Assembly: GCA_002878035.1 (NCBI GenBank)
Contig: PNIU01000035.1
Span: 1 to 43,028 of the forward strand
Length of the DNA stretch: 43,028 nt
DNA from: Sulfurihydrogenibium sp.
Lineage (GTDB): Bacteria; Aquificota; Aquificia; Aquificales; Hydrogenothermaceae
Direction: 5' to 3'
Shown: positions 20,974 to 30,989 of the stretch, one piece after another
Layout: every line of letters begins with the position of its first letter
How positions within the stretch are numbered: the stretch's first letter is position 1
Made by a program: the position numbers and the translations under genes
Notes under the pieces: model-generated
The model's database searches: none
Seen by the model: only the letters and a program-made list of their open reading frames with translations
What the model was told of the DNA's origin: nothing

Positions 20974-22719
20974 TTATCTGTCAGTTTCACCAACGACAGG
21001 GTCTATGCTACCAAGTAATGTAACTGCATCGGCCACAGTTCTACCTTTTATAAGCTCTGGGAATATCTGTAAGTTGTAAAAGGCTCCAGACCTTATTCTT
21101 AGTCTGTATGGTCTTCCTTCTCCTTCACTAACGATATAAAAACCGAGCTCTCCTCTTGGATTCTCTCCCGATAGATAGATTTCTCCTTTTGGTGCTTTCT
21201 CACCGTATATTCTTAAGTTAAAGTCTTTTACCATAGCTTCTATGGAAAAGTATGTTTCCTGCAAAGTAGGTAAAACGTAAGGGTTTTCTGTGGCTAAATG
21301 TTTGTCGTTTTTCAACTCTTCTAATTTTTTAACACACTGGGCAATAATGTTTAAGCTCTGTTTCATCTCTTCCATTCTTAGAAGATATCTGTCGTATGCA
21401 TCTCCAACTGTTCCAAGTGGTATTTCAAAGTCAACTTCAGGGTAAGCATCGGTTGGTTGTATGTATCTTATGTCGTAAGGCACTCCTGCACTTCTTGCCA
21501 TTATTCCAGTCAAACCATACTGATAAACATCTTCCTTTGTAACTACTCCTACATCTTTGTTTCTTCTTATCCAGATTCTATTTTTTGTTAGCATGTCTTC
21601 GTAGTCTTTTATTCTGGAAGGAAAATCTTTTATAAAATGTTTTATAACGTCTAAGCTTCCTTCTGGAAGGTCGTATCTTACACCACCTATTCTAAGAAAA
21701 GAAGAGTTTAACCTTATCCCTGCTATACCTTCTATTATGTCCATAAGTTTTTCTCTTTCTCTAAAAGTGTAAAGGAACATAGTCAAGGCACCAAGGTCTA
21801 AAGCCGTAGTTCCAAGCCATAAAAGATGGCTGTTTATTCTTTGTAGCTCAGCCATCATAGTTCTTATCCATTTTGCTTTTTCTGTAGGCTCTACTCCAAG
21901 GAGTTTTTCTACTGCGTTGACGTAGGCTATGTTAGAGCATAAAGCCGATATATAGTCCATCCTATCTGTGTATGGGATTATCTGGGTGTATGTTAAATCT
22001 TCGGCTAACTTTTCTATTCCTCTATGTAGCTGACCAAGGATTATGTCACAATCTTTTATGGTTTCCCCTTCTAAGTCGAACAAAAACCATATTGTTCCGT
22101 GGGTTCCGGGATGAAGAGGTCCCCAGTTTAAGACTATCTGATTTTTCTTGTTTATTCTTTTTCTTTCGGTTATTTCAAGGTCTTCTAATGTAGGTATGGC
22201 GGTGTGGTATGGGTCGTAGTCGTGGCTTGGAATGTTATCTCTTTCGTTTAGAGAAGGTAGATAAGTGTCTTTTATACCTTCTTTTGGAAAGTCTTTTCTC
22301 AGAGGAAAGTATGGGTAAGTTTCCCATAAAAACATACGGACAAGATTTTCATGGCCTTCAAACCTAACTCCAAACATATCGTAGGCTTCTCTTTCAGCCC
22401 ACTTGGCACCTTTCCATAAGGTGGTTATTGAGGGTAGTGTTTCATCGGTCCAAGTTTTTACTATAATCCTTTCGTTGTAATCTGGAGAGTAAAGAATATA
22501 AACAGCCTGAAATCTTGGATTATGTAAAGGATAATCTACCAGTGTAAAGTCTATAAACATTTTAAACGAGTATTCTGGATTTTCTTTAAGATACTTTAGA
22601 AGTTCTAATACTTTATCTTTATCTATCTCTACGGAAAGGGAATTTTTTTGATGGCTTATTTTTAAACTCGGGAAGGCAGACTTTAACCCTTCTGCCTTCT
22701 GAGGATTTATCCATAACAA
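20974..22719 (-). CDS. nuoCD: Fused NADH-quinone oxidoreductase subunit C/D
   Basis: N-terminal NuoC (WAEREAYDMFG.F.GH, PLRKDFP) fused to NuoD (NWGPLHPGTHG, HRGIEK, DRMDY, PRGELG, GETDR). Confidence 0.96.
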   Translation of the reverse strand: MLWINPQKAEGLKSAFPSLKISHQKNSLSVEIDKDKVLELLKYLKENPEYSFKMFIDFTLVDYPLHNPRFQAVYILYSPDYNERIIVKTWTDETLPSITTLWKGAKWAEREAYDMFGVRFEGHENLVRMFLWETYPYFPLRKDFPKEGIKDTYLPSLNERDNIPSHDYDPYHTAIPTLEDLEITERKRINKKNQIVLNWGPLHPGTHGTIWFLFDLEGETIKDCDIILGQLHRGIEKLAEDLTYTQIIPYTDRMDYISALCSNIAYVNAVEKLLGVEPTEKAKWIRTMMAELQRINSHLLWLGTTALDLGALTMFLYTFREREKLMDIIEGIAGIRLNSSFLRIGGVRYDLPEGSLDVIKHFIKDFPSRIKDYEDMLTKNRIWIRRNKDVGVVTKEDVYQYGLTGIMARSAGVPYDIRYIQPTDAYPEVDFEIPLGTVGDAYDRYLLRMEEMKQSLNIIAQCVKKLEELKNDKHLATENPYVLPTLQETYFSIEAMVKDFNLRIYGEKAPKGEIYLSGENPRGELGFYIVSEGEGRPYRLRIRSGAFYNLQIFPELIKGRTVADAVTLLGSIDPVVGETDR

Positions 22720-22731
22720 AACTGTCCTCGT

Positions 22732-23253
22732 TTATATCTGTTTTATAGGCTTAGATTCTGTAGGAACTCTTATAGGTATCTCTTTTAGTTCTTTTCCTTC
22801 TTTCTTTTCTTTTATCTTTTTCTGAAGTTGTATGATGCCCCAAAGTAAAGCCTGAGGTGTTGGAGGACAGCCGGGTATGTAAACATCAACTGGTATTATT
22901 CTATCAACTCCTTGGAGAGTGGAGTATGTAGGGAAAGGTCCTCCACCTGAAGCACATCCACCCATAGATATAACCCATTTTGGGTCTGGCATCTGCTCGT
23001 AAATAAGCTTTAACATCGGAGCAACTTTGTTTACGACAGTTCCTGCAACTATTAGAACGTCAGCCTGCCTTGGAGAACCTCTAAATATGATACCAAGTCT
23101 GTCCGTGTCAAATCTTGATGCAGCGGTGTGCATCATCTCTATAGCACAGCAGGCAAGACCTATAGAAACAGGCCATAGAGAATTTCTTCTACTCCAGCTT
23201 AAGACTTCTTCAACAGTTGTTAAAATTATTCCGCTATTTCCTGTTATTGCCAT
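22732..23253 (-). CDS. nuoB: NADH-quinone oxidoreductase subunit B
   Basis: [31 protein letters not shown]; probable start ATG 23253 with GGAG SD. Confidence 0.96.
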   Translation of the reverse strand: MAITGNSGIILTTVEEVLSWSRRNSLWPVSIGLACCAIEMMHTAASRFDTDRLGIIFRGSPRQADVLIVAGTVVNKVAPMLKLIYEQMPDPKWVISMGGCASGGGPFPTYSTLQGVDRIIPVDVYIPGCPPTPQALLWGIIQLQKKIKEKKEGKELKEIPIRVPTESKPIKQI

Positions 23254-23615
23254 TTTAACGCTCCTTTTTTCCAAGCATATATATAACCTAAAATTAATAT
23301 AAGTAAGAATATAAACATTTCAGTAAAAATGAAGCCTGAAGCAACCTGAGCAACTTCTTTAAATATTACAGCCCAAGGAAAAACAAAAGCAGACTCAAGG
23401 TCAAACAAAACAAGTAGCAAACCTAAAAGGTAATACTTTTGGTCTATGGTTGTCCATGTAGTTTTATCGTATATGGGAACTCCACACTCGTAAGGGTATC
23501 CTTCGTAAGGTTCTGGAGTTCTTGGAGCTAAAAGTCTGTTTAGTATAAGTAAAGCAGCCCCTATGACAACTGCAAGGATGAAAAATACCGCTAATCCAAA
23601 GTAGCCAGTTTCCAT
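23244..23615 (-). CDS. nuoA: NADH-quinone oxidoreductase subunit A
   Basis: [22 protein letters not shown]; AGGAGG SD. Confidence 0.96.
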   Translation of the reverse strand: METGYFGLAVFFILAVVIGAALLILNRLLAPRTPEPYEGYPYECGVPIYDKTTWTTIDQKYYLLGLLLVLFDLESAFVFPWAVIFKEVAQVASGFIFTEMFIFLLILILGYIYAWKKGALKWQ

Positions 23616-23705
23616 TTGCCTCCTCCTGTAAACATCTTAAATTAGAATAACCCAAAACAAGGAAGATTTCAAGATTTTTAAAACACAGTTTGAAAATTTT
23701 TAAAA

Positions 23706-23727
23706 TTTAAGATATAATTATCTTAAA
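23706..23727 (+). promoter_or_regulatory. Perfect 9-bp inverted repeat centred on the hemerythrin -10 box (candidate repressor operator)
   Basis: TTTAAGATA-TAAT-TATCTTAAA containing TATAAT at 23713-23718. Confidence 0.5.
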
Positions 23728-23750
23728 ATCTTAAATATGAGGTGGTAGTT

Positions 23751-24167
23751 ATGTTAATATCAGTTCAGGAAATACCAAAAGTTGCAGTTGAAGAGATGAA
23801 CGAAATTCATTCTACAGAGGTAGATATGGTTAATAAGCTTTACGAAAAAATTTCAGAATGGGAAAACGATAAATCTAAAGAGCAAGAAGTTTTGACTATT
23901 TTCGAAGAATTTTTGAAAGATGTAGTAGACCATTTCTTGTTTGAGGAGTCTATGATGAGAGAGTCTAACTTTTTTGCATATCCTATGCATAAATCTGAAC
24001 ACGACAGGGTTCTGTTTGAGCTAAAAAGTATAGAAAAAACTATAAAAGAAAAGAAAGATTTTAAAATGTTAAAAGAGTATCTGTTATATAACTTTAAGCC
24101 TTGGCTTATAAGTCATGTAAAAACTATGGATACTGTTACGGCTATGTATTTATCAAACTTTTTTTGA
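23751..24167 (+). CDS. Single-domain bacteriohemerythrin
   Basis: Complete di-iron ligand set: H (EIHSTE), HFLFEE, HKSEH, HVKTMD. ATG 23751 follows a GAGGTG SD (track start is GTG 23742). Confidence 0.92.
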   Translation: MLISVQEIPKVAVEEMNEIHSTEVDMVNKLYEKISEWENDKSKEQEVLTIFEEFLKDVVDHFLFEESMMRESNFFAYPMHKSEHDRVLFELKSIEKTIKEKKDFKMLKEYLLYNFKPWLISHVKTMDTVTAMYLSNFF

Positions 24168-24188
24168 TATCGTGATATAATAATACTT

Positions 24189-24293
24189 ATGAGCATTCTT
24201 AAACAAATCATAGTTTTCTACCTACAAAAGACCAAACAAAGTTCAGAGGACCTATCAGAACGTAAAGAGAAATGTAAGAAAAAAATTTTCTAA
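24189..24293 (+). CDS. Putative leaderless 34-aa ORF (MSILKQIIVFYLQKTKQSSEDLSERKEKCKKKIF), possibly a gene remnant or sRNA
   Basis: ATG lies 7 nt after a perfect extended -10 TGATATAAT (24173-24181); no SD; no family recognised. Confidence 0.35.
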   Translation: MSILKQIIVFYLQKTKQSSEDLSERKEKCKKKIF

Positions 24294-24335
24294 GATAAAA
24301 GATAGATTTAATTCTAAGATAAAAGATAGATTTAA
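24288..24335. repeat. Exact tandem duplication, 2 x 24 bp (TTCTAAGATAAAAGATAGATTTAA)
   Basis: Copies at 24288-24311 and 24312-24335 are identical. Confidence 0.92.
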
Positions 24336-24348
24336 TAGATAATTTTTT

Positions 24349-24372
24349 AAAGGGGCTAAAAGCCCCTTTTTT
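24349..24372. terminator. Intrinsic terminator shared by glnA and the convergent plus-strand transcript
   Basis: AAAGGGGCT-AAA-AGCCCCTTT hairpin followed by further Ts. Confidence 0.85.
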
Positions 24373-24374
24373 GA

Positions 24375-25796
24375 TTAAACGTCAAAGTATAGTTCAAACT
24401 CTTTTGGATGAGGAACCAGTCTTATAGCGTCTACTTCGGCTTGTTTTGTCTCTATCCACATTTTTATAAAGTCTTCGTCCATAACTCCGCCTTTAAGTAA
24501 GAACTCGTGGTCTTCTTTTAGAGCATCTAACGCTTCCTGTAAAGAACCGGGTGTTTGTGGAACGTTAGCCAACTCTTCAGGTGGAAGAGAGTATATATCT
24601 TTGTCTAAAGGTTCTCCCGGGTGGATTCTGTTTTCTATACCGTCTATTGCAGCCATAAGTAGAGCCGTAAACGTTAAGTATGGGTTTGAGGAAGCATCTG
24701 GAAATCTAACTTCTATTCTTTTTGCTTTTGGAGATTCTGAGCCAAGAGGTATTCTTATAGCTGCAGACCTGTTTCTTGCAGAGTAAGCAAGTCTTACCGG
24801 AGCTTCAAATCCGGGCACAAGTCTGTGGTAAGAGTTAGTTGTAGGATTAGAGAAAGCACATATAGCTTTTGCGTGTTTTATTATTCCACCGATTGCGTAG
24901 AGAGCTATCTCTGATAGTCCTGCATAACCATTTCCAGCAAACAAGTTTTGCCCGTTAGACCATATTGACATATGGACGTGCATTCCTGAACCGTTATCAC
25001 CTGCTAAAGGTTTTGGCATAAACGTAACAAATTTTCCGTATCTATAACCAACGTTTCTTAAAACGTATTTGTATTTTAGGATATTGTCTCCAGAACCTAT
25101 GATGTCTGAGAATCTAAAATTTATCTCTCCTTGGCCTGCCGTTGCAACTTCGTGATGTTCTCTCTCTACGGTTATTCCAACTTCTTCCAAGGTTTTAACC
25201 ATTTCCATTCTGATGTAATGGGTTTTATCTATAGGAGATACTGGGAAGTAGCCTCTTTTGTAAGGTATTTTATAACCCAAGTTTGGATTTTCTTCTCTTG
25301 AAGTGTTCCACCAACCTTCTTCTGAATCGATGTGATAGAAGGCATGGTTAGGACCGCTTCCAAACCTTATATCGTCAAATATAAAAAACTCGGCTTCAGG
25401 TCCAAAGTAAGCTGTATCACCAATACCTGTTGATTTTAAAAACTCAAGGGCTTTCTTTGCAATCTGTCTTGTGTCTCTTGAGTAAGGTTCTTTTGTGATA
25501 GGGTCTACTACGTCGCATATCAAAGACAAAGTAGGTTCGTCTATAAATGGGTCTATAAATGCAGATTTTGGGTCTGGTATTAAAAGCATATCGGATTCTT
25601 GGATGCCTTTCCAACCTCTTATTGATGAAGCGTCAAAAGGTATACCTTCCTCGAAGGAGTGTAAACCAAACTCGTGGTTAGGTATAGTTAAATGCTGCCA
25701 CTGACCAAACGGGTCGCTAAACTTAAAATCGATAAAGGCTATACCTTTTTCAGAAATAACACGCATAACATCATCTGGTGTTTGACATTGAATCAT
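24375..25796 (-). CDS. glnA: Glutamine synthetase type I
   Basis: FDASSI.GW, GPEAEFF, HHEVA, FMPKP...[18 protein letters not shown]; adenylylation-site-like DKDIYSL. Confidence 0.98.
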   Translation of the reverse strand: MIQCQTPDDVMRVISEKGIAFIDFKFSDPFGQWQHLTIPNHEFGLHSFEEGIPFDASSIRGWKGIQESDMLLIPDPKSAFIDPFIDEPTLSLICDVVDPITKEPYSRDTRQIAKKALEFLKSTGIGDTAYFGPEAEFFIFDDIRFGSGPNHAFYHIDSEEGWWNTSREENPNLGYKIPYKRGYFPVSPIDKTHYIRMEMVKTLEEVGITVEREHHEVATAGQGEINFRFSDIIGSGDNILKYKYVLRNVGYRYGKFVTFMPKPLAGDNGSGMHVHMSIWSNGQNLFAGNGYAGLSEIALYAIGGIIKHAKAICAFSNPTTNSYHRLVPGFEAPVRLAYSARNRSAAIRIPLGSESPKAKRIEVRFPDASSNPYLTFTALLMAAIDGIENRIHPGEPLDKDIYSLPPEELANVPQTPGSLQEALDALKEDHEFLLKGGVMDEDFIKMWIETKQAEVDAIRLVPHPKEFELYFDV

Positions 25797-25825
25797 TCTT
25801 AAATTACCTCCTGTATATAAAATTT

Positions 25826-26182
<357 letters not shown>

Positions 26183-26189
26183 TTATGTA

Positions 26190-26205
26190 TACAAATTTTA
26201 TGCCA
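26190..26205 (-). promoter_or_regulatory. sigma54 (-24/-12) promoter of glnB-glnA
   Basis: Minus strand TGGC-ATAAAAT-TTGTA: canonical TGGC-N7-TTGC spacing with a C>T variant at -12, just upstream of the glnB SD. Confidence 0.72.
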
Positions 26206-26267
26206 ATCTTAATAAAGTCTTTGTTTCTTTTAATATCAAATATTTTACATTAATTTAACTTCTTAAA

Positions 26268-26317
26268 ACTGCTTAAGTATTATGCAGTGTAAAAAATTGT
26301 TGCATATTTTTTATGCA
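26268..26317. promoter_or_regulatory. Tandem NtrC-like enhancer sites
   Basis: Two 17-bp TGC-N11-GCA dyads: TGCTTAAGTATTATGCA (26270-26286) and perfect TGCATA-TTTTT-TATGCA (26301-26317), centres 31 bp apart. Confidence 0.68.
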
Positions 26318-27735
26318 TTTAAATCGAAGGATACAACTTTTATCTCTGTGTAGTCTTCTATGGCAAATTTAGGTCCTTCTCTTCCTATGCCACTTCCTTT
26401 GACTCCTCCGTAAGGCATGTTGTCGGCTCTAAAAGTAGGTATATCGTTTATCATCACTCCCCCAACTTCAACCTCTTCTATAACCTTCCATGCATGTTTA
26501 AGATTGTTTGTAAACAGTCCTACCTGTAATCCGTAGTTTGTTTTGTTTACAAGAGAAATAGCCTCATCTATGTTTTCAAACTTCCTTACTGTAACTACTG
26601 GAGCAAAGGCTTCTTCGTAAAATAGCTTCGAATCTTCTGGAACATCTGATACTATCGTTGGTTTAACTATGGTTTTTTCGGCAACTCCCCCTACTTCTAA
26701 CTTTGCACCTTTTTGCAATGCTTCTGATATCCACGTTTGTATTCTGTCAACTTCGTTTATGGATATTACAGGTCCAACGTCTGTATCTTCTTCCATAGGG
26801 TCTCCATACTTTAGTTTAGATGCTTCTTCTTTTAATAGTTTTTCAAACTCATCTGCTACATTTTTATGCACAAACACCCTTTGAACGGATATACAAACCT
26901 GTCCAGCCAAAGCAAAACCACCTAAGACAGACTTTTTAGCGGCAAGTTCGAGGTTTGCGTCTTCATCAACTATGACTGCCGAGTTTGAACCAAGCTCCAT
27001 TACTATCTTTTTTAGTCCTGCCTGTTTGGCTATTATCTCTCCAACTTTCAGACTTCCGGTAAATGAAACGACCCTTACATCTGGGTGTGTTGTCATAGCT
27101 TGTCCTACATCGGCAAAGCCAGGAATTACAGAAACGGCTTCTTCTGGAACTCCTGCTTCTAAGAAAAGTTTACAAAGCATTATTGGGGATAGTGGAGTTT
27201 TTTCACTTGGTTTTAGAATGAAAGGGCAACCTGCGGCGATAGATGGGGCTATTTTATGTGCAGTAAGATTAACAGGAAAGTTAAAAGGTGTTATGGCAGA
27301 CACTATACCAGCGGGAACTCTAAAGTAGAAACCTTTTTTACCTTTTCCGTTTGGAGAAGCGTCAAAATGAACCACCTCTCCACCTATCCTTTTTGCCTCT
27401 TCAGCCGAAAATGTTATCGTGTTTATTGCTCTATCTACTTCTACTCTTGCTTCTTTTATAGTTTTTCCTGTTTCTAAAGTTATCGTTCTTGCGAACTCTT
27501 CTTTTCTCTCGGCTAAAAGCTCGGCAACTTTCATAAGTATTTTGTATTTTTCGTAAGCCGTAAGTTTTTTAAGCTTTAAAAGACCAACTTTAGCCTTTTC
27601 TACTGCTTTGTAAACGTCATCTACAGACCCTTTAGGAGCTTCTCCTATCTTTTGTTGGTTGTAAGGATAGATAACATCTATAACCTCATCTTTAAAGATT
27701 TCCTTTCCGCCTATTATCATTGGAAGCTTTATCAT
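26311..27735 (-). CDS. NAD(P)-dependent aldehyde dehydrogenase (GapN/lactaldehyde-DH-like clade)
   Basis: ITPFNFP, KPSE, FTGS, catalytic MELGSN and GQVCIS, EAFAP, PYGGVKGSGIGREG. Confidence 0.92.
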   Translation of the reverse strand: MIKLPMIIGGKEIFKDEVIDVIYPYNQQKIGEAPKGSVDDVYKAVEKAKVGLLKLKKLTAYEKYKILMKVAELLAERKEEFARTITLETGKTIKEARVEVDRAINTITFSAEEAKRIGGEVVHFDASPNGKGKKGFYFRVPAGIVSAITPFNFPVNLTAHKIAPSIAAGCPFILKPSEKTPLSPIMLCKLFLEAGVPEEAVSVIPGFADVGQAMTTHPDVRVVSFTGSLKVGEIIAKQAGLKKIVMELGSNSAVIVDEDANLELAAKKSVLGGFALAGQVCISVQRVFVHKNVADEFEKLLKEEASKLKYGDPMEEDTDVGPVISINEVDRIQTWISEALQKGAKLEVGGVAEKTIVKPTIVSDVPEDSKLFYEEAFAPVVTVRKFENIDEAISLVNKTNYGLQVGLFTNNLKHAWKVIEEVEVGGVMINDIPTFRADNMPYGGVKGSGIGREGPKFAIEDYTEIKVVSFDLNA

Positions 27736-27849
27736 TTTAAAACCCTCCTTAATTGAATGTTAAAAAAATTATATTACAAAATCAAAATTTAAAACTTAAT
27801 ACCTATGCTAAAATATTAGCTTGTATTTTTAGAAATTAAGGAGAAATTT

Positions 27850-29682
27850 ATGCAGTTAAATCAAAAGTCTTTAGAATCAAAAAAGGCCTACAGAGAAGAT
27901 ATCAGAAATATAGCAATCATAGCTCACGTAGACCATGGAAAAACAACACTTGTAGATGCGATGTTAAAACAGTCTGGACTGTTTAGAGACAACGAAGAAG
28001 TAGTAGAAAGAGTTATGGACAGTATGGACCTTGAGAGGGAAAGGGGTATCACCATAATGGCTAAAAACACAGCAGTAAGGTATAAAAATTACAAAATAAA
28101 CATCGTTGATACTCCGGGACACGCAGATTTCGGTGGAGAAGTCGAAAGAACATTAAAGATGGTAGACGGCGTTATACTTCTCGTTGATGCAGCAGAAGGA
28201 CCTATGCCTCAGACAAGGTTTGTGCTAAAAAAAGCCTTAGAAGCAAATCTAACTCCTATAGTAGTTATAAATAAAATAGACAGACCAGATGCAAGGATAC
28301 AGGAAGTTATAAACGAAATTTACGACCTTTTCATAGATTTAGACGCTACAGAAGACCAACTTGAATTTCCTATACTATACACAATCGGAAAAGAAGGAAT
28401 AGCAAAAGAAGATTTAAACGATGATTCAAAAGATTTAAAGCCACTGTTTGAAAAGATAATAGAGTATATTCCAGCTCCAACCTATGATGAAGATGCAAAC
28501 CTCCAGTTTCTGATAACTTCGTTAGATTACGATAACTTTGTAGGAAGGTTGGCAATCGGAAGAATATTTAACGGTCATGTAAAACAAAATCAACAGGTAT
28601 CTGTAGTCAAGAGAGATGGTAGAATTATAAAAGGAACAGTTAGAGTTCTTTACACTTACGAAGGACTTAAAAAGATAGAAACGAAAGAAGCAAAAGCCGG
28701 AGATATAGTAGCTATAGCAGGATTAGAAGATATAACAATAGGAGAAACAATAGCCGACCCAGAAAATCCAGTTGCCTTACCACCTATAACCGTTGAAGAG
28801 CCTACCATATCTATGATTTTTTCCGTAAACGATTCACCTTTTGCCGGAAGAAGCGGGAAATTCCTAACTTCAAGACATTTAAGAGATAGACTATACAAAG
28901 AGACATTAACCAATGTTGCAATTAGAGTTCAAGATACTGAAAGTCCAGATTCTTTCCTTGTAATGGGAAGAGGAGAGCTACAACTTTCCATATTGGCAGA
29001 GATGATGAGAAGGGAAGGTTACGAATTCCAAGTATCAAAACCAGAAGTTATAGTAAAAGAAGAGAACGGTAAAAAGTTAGAGCCAGTAGAAAGAGTTTTG
29101 ATAGATATTCCAGAACAGTATGTTGGAACTGTAACCCAAAAGCTTGGCTCAAGAAAAGGTAGAATGGTAAATATGGTAAACCATGGATTTGGTAGAGTAA
29201 GGCTTGAATTTATCATTCCTTCAAGAGGTCTTATGGGATACAGGTCAGAGTTTAAGACCGATACAAGAGGAGAAGGAATACTAAACACTATATTTGAAGG
29301 TTGGGAAGAATGGCAAGGAGAGATAAAAACAAGGATAAACGGAGCTTTGATAGCAGATAGAGAAGGAGTGGCTACACCTTACGCAATATTTGGATTGCAG
29401 GATAGAGGTATATTTTTTATTGAGCCGGGAACGGAAGTTTACGAAGGTATGGTCGTTGGTGAGCATAACAGAGAAAACGACCTTGACGTAAACGTTACAA
29501 GAGAGAAAAAGTTAACAAACGTGAGAGCTGCAGGTTCAGACGAAAATATAAAGATAGTTCCAGCTAAAAAGATGGATTTTGAAAGAGCTATGGAATGGAT
29601 AAACGAAACTGAACTTATAGAAGTTACGCCGGACGCTATAAGAATAAGGAAGAAAGTTTTACAGGCAAGTAAGAGAAAGTAG
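27850..29682 (+). CDS. typA: Translational GTPase TypA/BipA
   Basis: [51 protein letters not shown]. Confidence 0.97.
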   Translation: MQLNQKSLESKKAYREDIRNIAIIAHVDHGKTTLVDAMLKQSGLFRDNEEVVERVMDSMDLERERGITIMAKNTAVRYKNYKINIVDTPGHADFGGEVERTLKMVDGVILLVDAAEGPMPQTRFVLKKALEANLTPIVVINKIDRPDARIQEVINEIYDLFIDLDATEDQLEFPILYTIGKEGIAKEDLNDDSKDLKPLFEKIIEYIPAPTYDEDANLQFLITSLDYDNFVGRLAIGRIFNGHVKQNQQVSVVKRDGRIIKGTVRVLYTYEGLKKIETKEAKAGDIVAIAGLEDITIGETIADPENPVALPPITVEEPTISMIFSVNDSPFAGRSGKFLTSRHLRDRLYKETLTNVAIRVQDTESPDSFLVMGRGELQLSILAEMMRREGYEFQVSKPEVIVKEENGKKLEPVERVLIDIPEQYVGTVTQKLGSRKGRMVNMVNHGFGRVRLEFIIPSRGLMGYRSEFKTDTRGEGILNTIFEGWEEWQGEIKTRINGALIADREGVATPYAIFGLQDRGIFFIEPGTEVYEGMVVGEHNRENDLDVNVTREKKLTNVRAAGSDENIKIVPAKKMDFERAMEWINETELIEVTPDAIRIRKKVLQASKRK

Positions 29683-29760
29683 TGTTTGAAAAGGTAAAAA
29701 CTGCATATATTTTAAATTTTTGTATGATAAAATTTAAAAAAAATTTGTTAAGGAGACGTT

Positions 29761-30987
29761 ATGAAAAGTAGAGTTTCTATGGTATTGGGAGTTATACTGA
29801 TATTTGTTGCAGGTATGAGTTTTGGTCTAAACGCTAAATCTTCAAAAACAGATTACACCGATGATATCCAGATTATAAGAACTTATACAGACGTTTTAAA
29901 ACTTGTGGAAGATAACTATGTAGAACCTACAGACCCTAAAAAACTACTTTACGGGTCCTTAAGAGGACTTTTATCTTCTTTAGACCCTTACTCAACGTTT
30001 TTTACTCCAGAAGAGTTTAAAGAATTTACATCAGAAACTCAGGGAGAGTTTGGCGGCGTTGGAATGGAAGTAACTATGGAAAACAATAAACTTTTGGTTG
30101 TATCACCTATAGAAGATACACCGGCTTTCAAAGCAGGAATAAAACCTGGAGACTGGATAGTTGAGATAGACGGAGAGCCTACAGATAAAATGACATTATT
30201 CCAAGCTGTAAAAAAACTTAGAGGAAAACCCGGAACTAAAGTAACTTTAACAATCTTTAGAAAAGGAGTAGACAAGCCTTTCAAAGTAGAACTCATAAGG
30301 GATTTAATAAAAGTAAAAAGTGTTAAAACAAAAGAGTTAGAAAATGGAAAGATAGGTTACATTAGATTAACCCAGTTCCAAGAAAACTCAGCTCAAGAGT
30401 TTGAAAAAGCCCTTTTAGCATTCAGAAACAAAGAAGGAATAATAATAGACTTAAGAAACAACCCTGGAGGACTTTTGACTTCTGCAGTTTCTATAGCAAG
30501 CATGCTACTTCCAAAAGGAAAGTTGATAGTTTACACTCAAGGTAGAGACCCAAAAAACAAAGAAGAGTTTTACTCTCAATCTGACCCAATAGTTGATAAA
30601 AAAGTACCTATAGCAGTAATAGTAAACAAAGGTTCGGCTTCTGCATCTGAGATTCTAACAGGAGCTTTAAAAGACAACAACAGAGCTATAATAGTTGGAG
30701 ACACAACTTTTGGAAAAGCTTCCGTCCAAACACTTATTCCACTTCCAGACGGTTCAGGTATTAAATTAACAATAGCTCACTATTACACTCCAAGCGGAAA
30801 CCTCATAATGAACAAAGGAATAACTCCCGATATTATCGTAAAAGTCAGCGAAGATGAGGAAATTGAAAGAGCAAAAGCAGAAAGAGAAGCAAAACTAAAC
30901 GGAAAAGATATTCAAATAAAAGACCCTCAACTTGATGCAGCCATTAACGCTATAAAGATACTTAACTTTGCTAAGAAAATGAACTAA
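29761..30987 (+). CDS. ctpA: Carboxyl-terminal processing protease (S41, PDZ)
   Basis: Signal peptide, LDPYS, PDZ domain, DLRNNPGG, SASASE, TFGK..VQ, GITPD. Confidence 0.93.
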   Translation: MKSRVSMVLGVILIFVAGMSFGLNAKSSKTDYTDDIQIIRTYTDVLKLVEDNYVEPTDPKKLLYGSLRGLLSSLDPYSTFFTPEEFKEFTSETQGEFGGVGMEVTMENNKLLVVSPIEDTPAFKAGIKPGDWIVEIDGEPTDKMTLFQAVKKLRGKPGTKVTLTIFRKGVDKPFKVELIRDLIKVKSVKTKELENGKIGYIRLTQFQENSAQEFEKALLAFRNKEGIIIDLRNNPGGLLTSAVSIASMLLPKGKLIVYTQGRDPKNKEEFYSQSDPIVDKKVPIAVIVNKGSASASEILTGALKDNNRAIIVGDTTFGKASVQTLIPLPDGSGIKLTIAHYYTPSGNLIMNKGITPDIIVKVSEDEEIERAKAEREAKLNGKDIQIKDPQLDAAINAIKILNFAKKMN

Positions 30988-30989
30988 GG

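Noticed and set aside
24188-24372. 6S RNA candidate by size
   Set aside because: Strongly A-rich with no long-range self-complementarity; a structured thermophile RNA should be GC-rich and rod-like.
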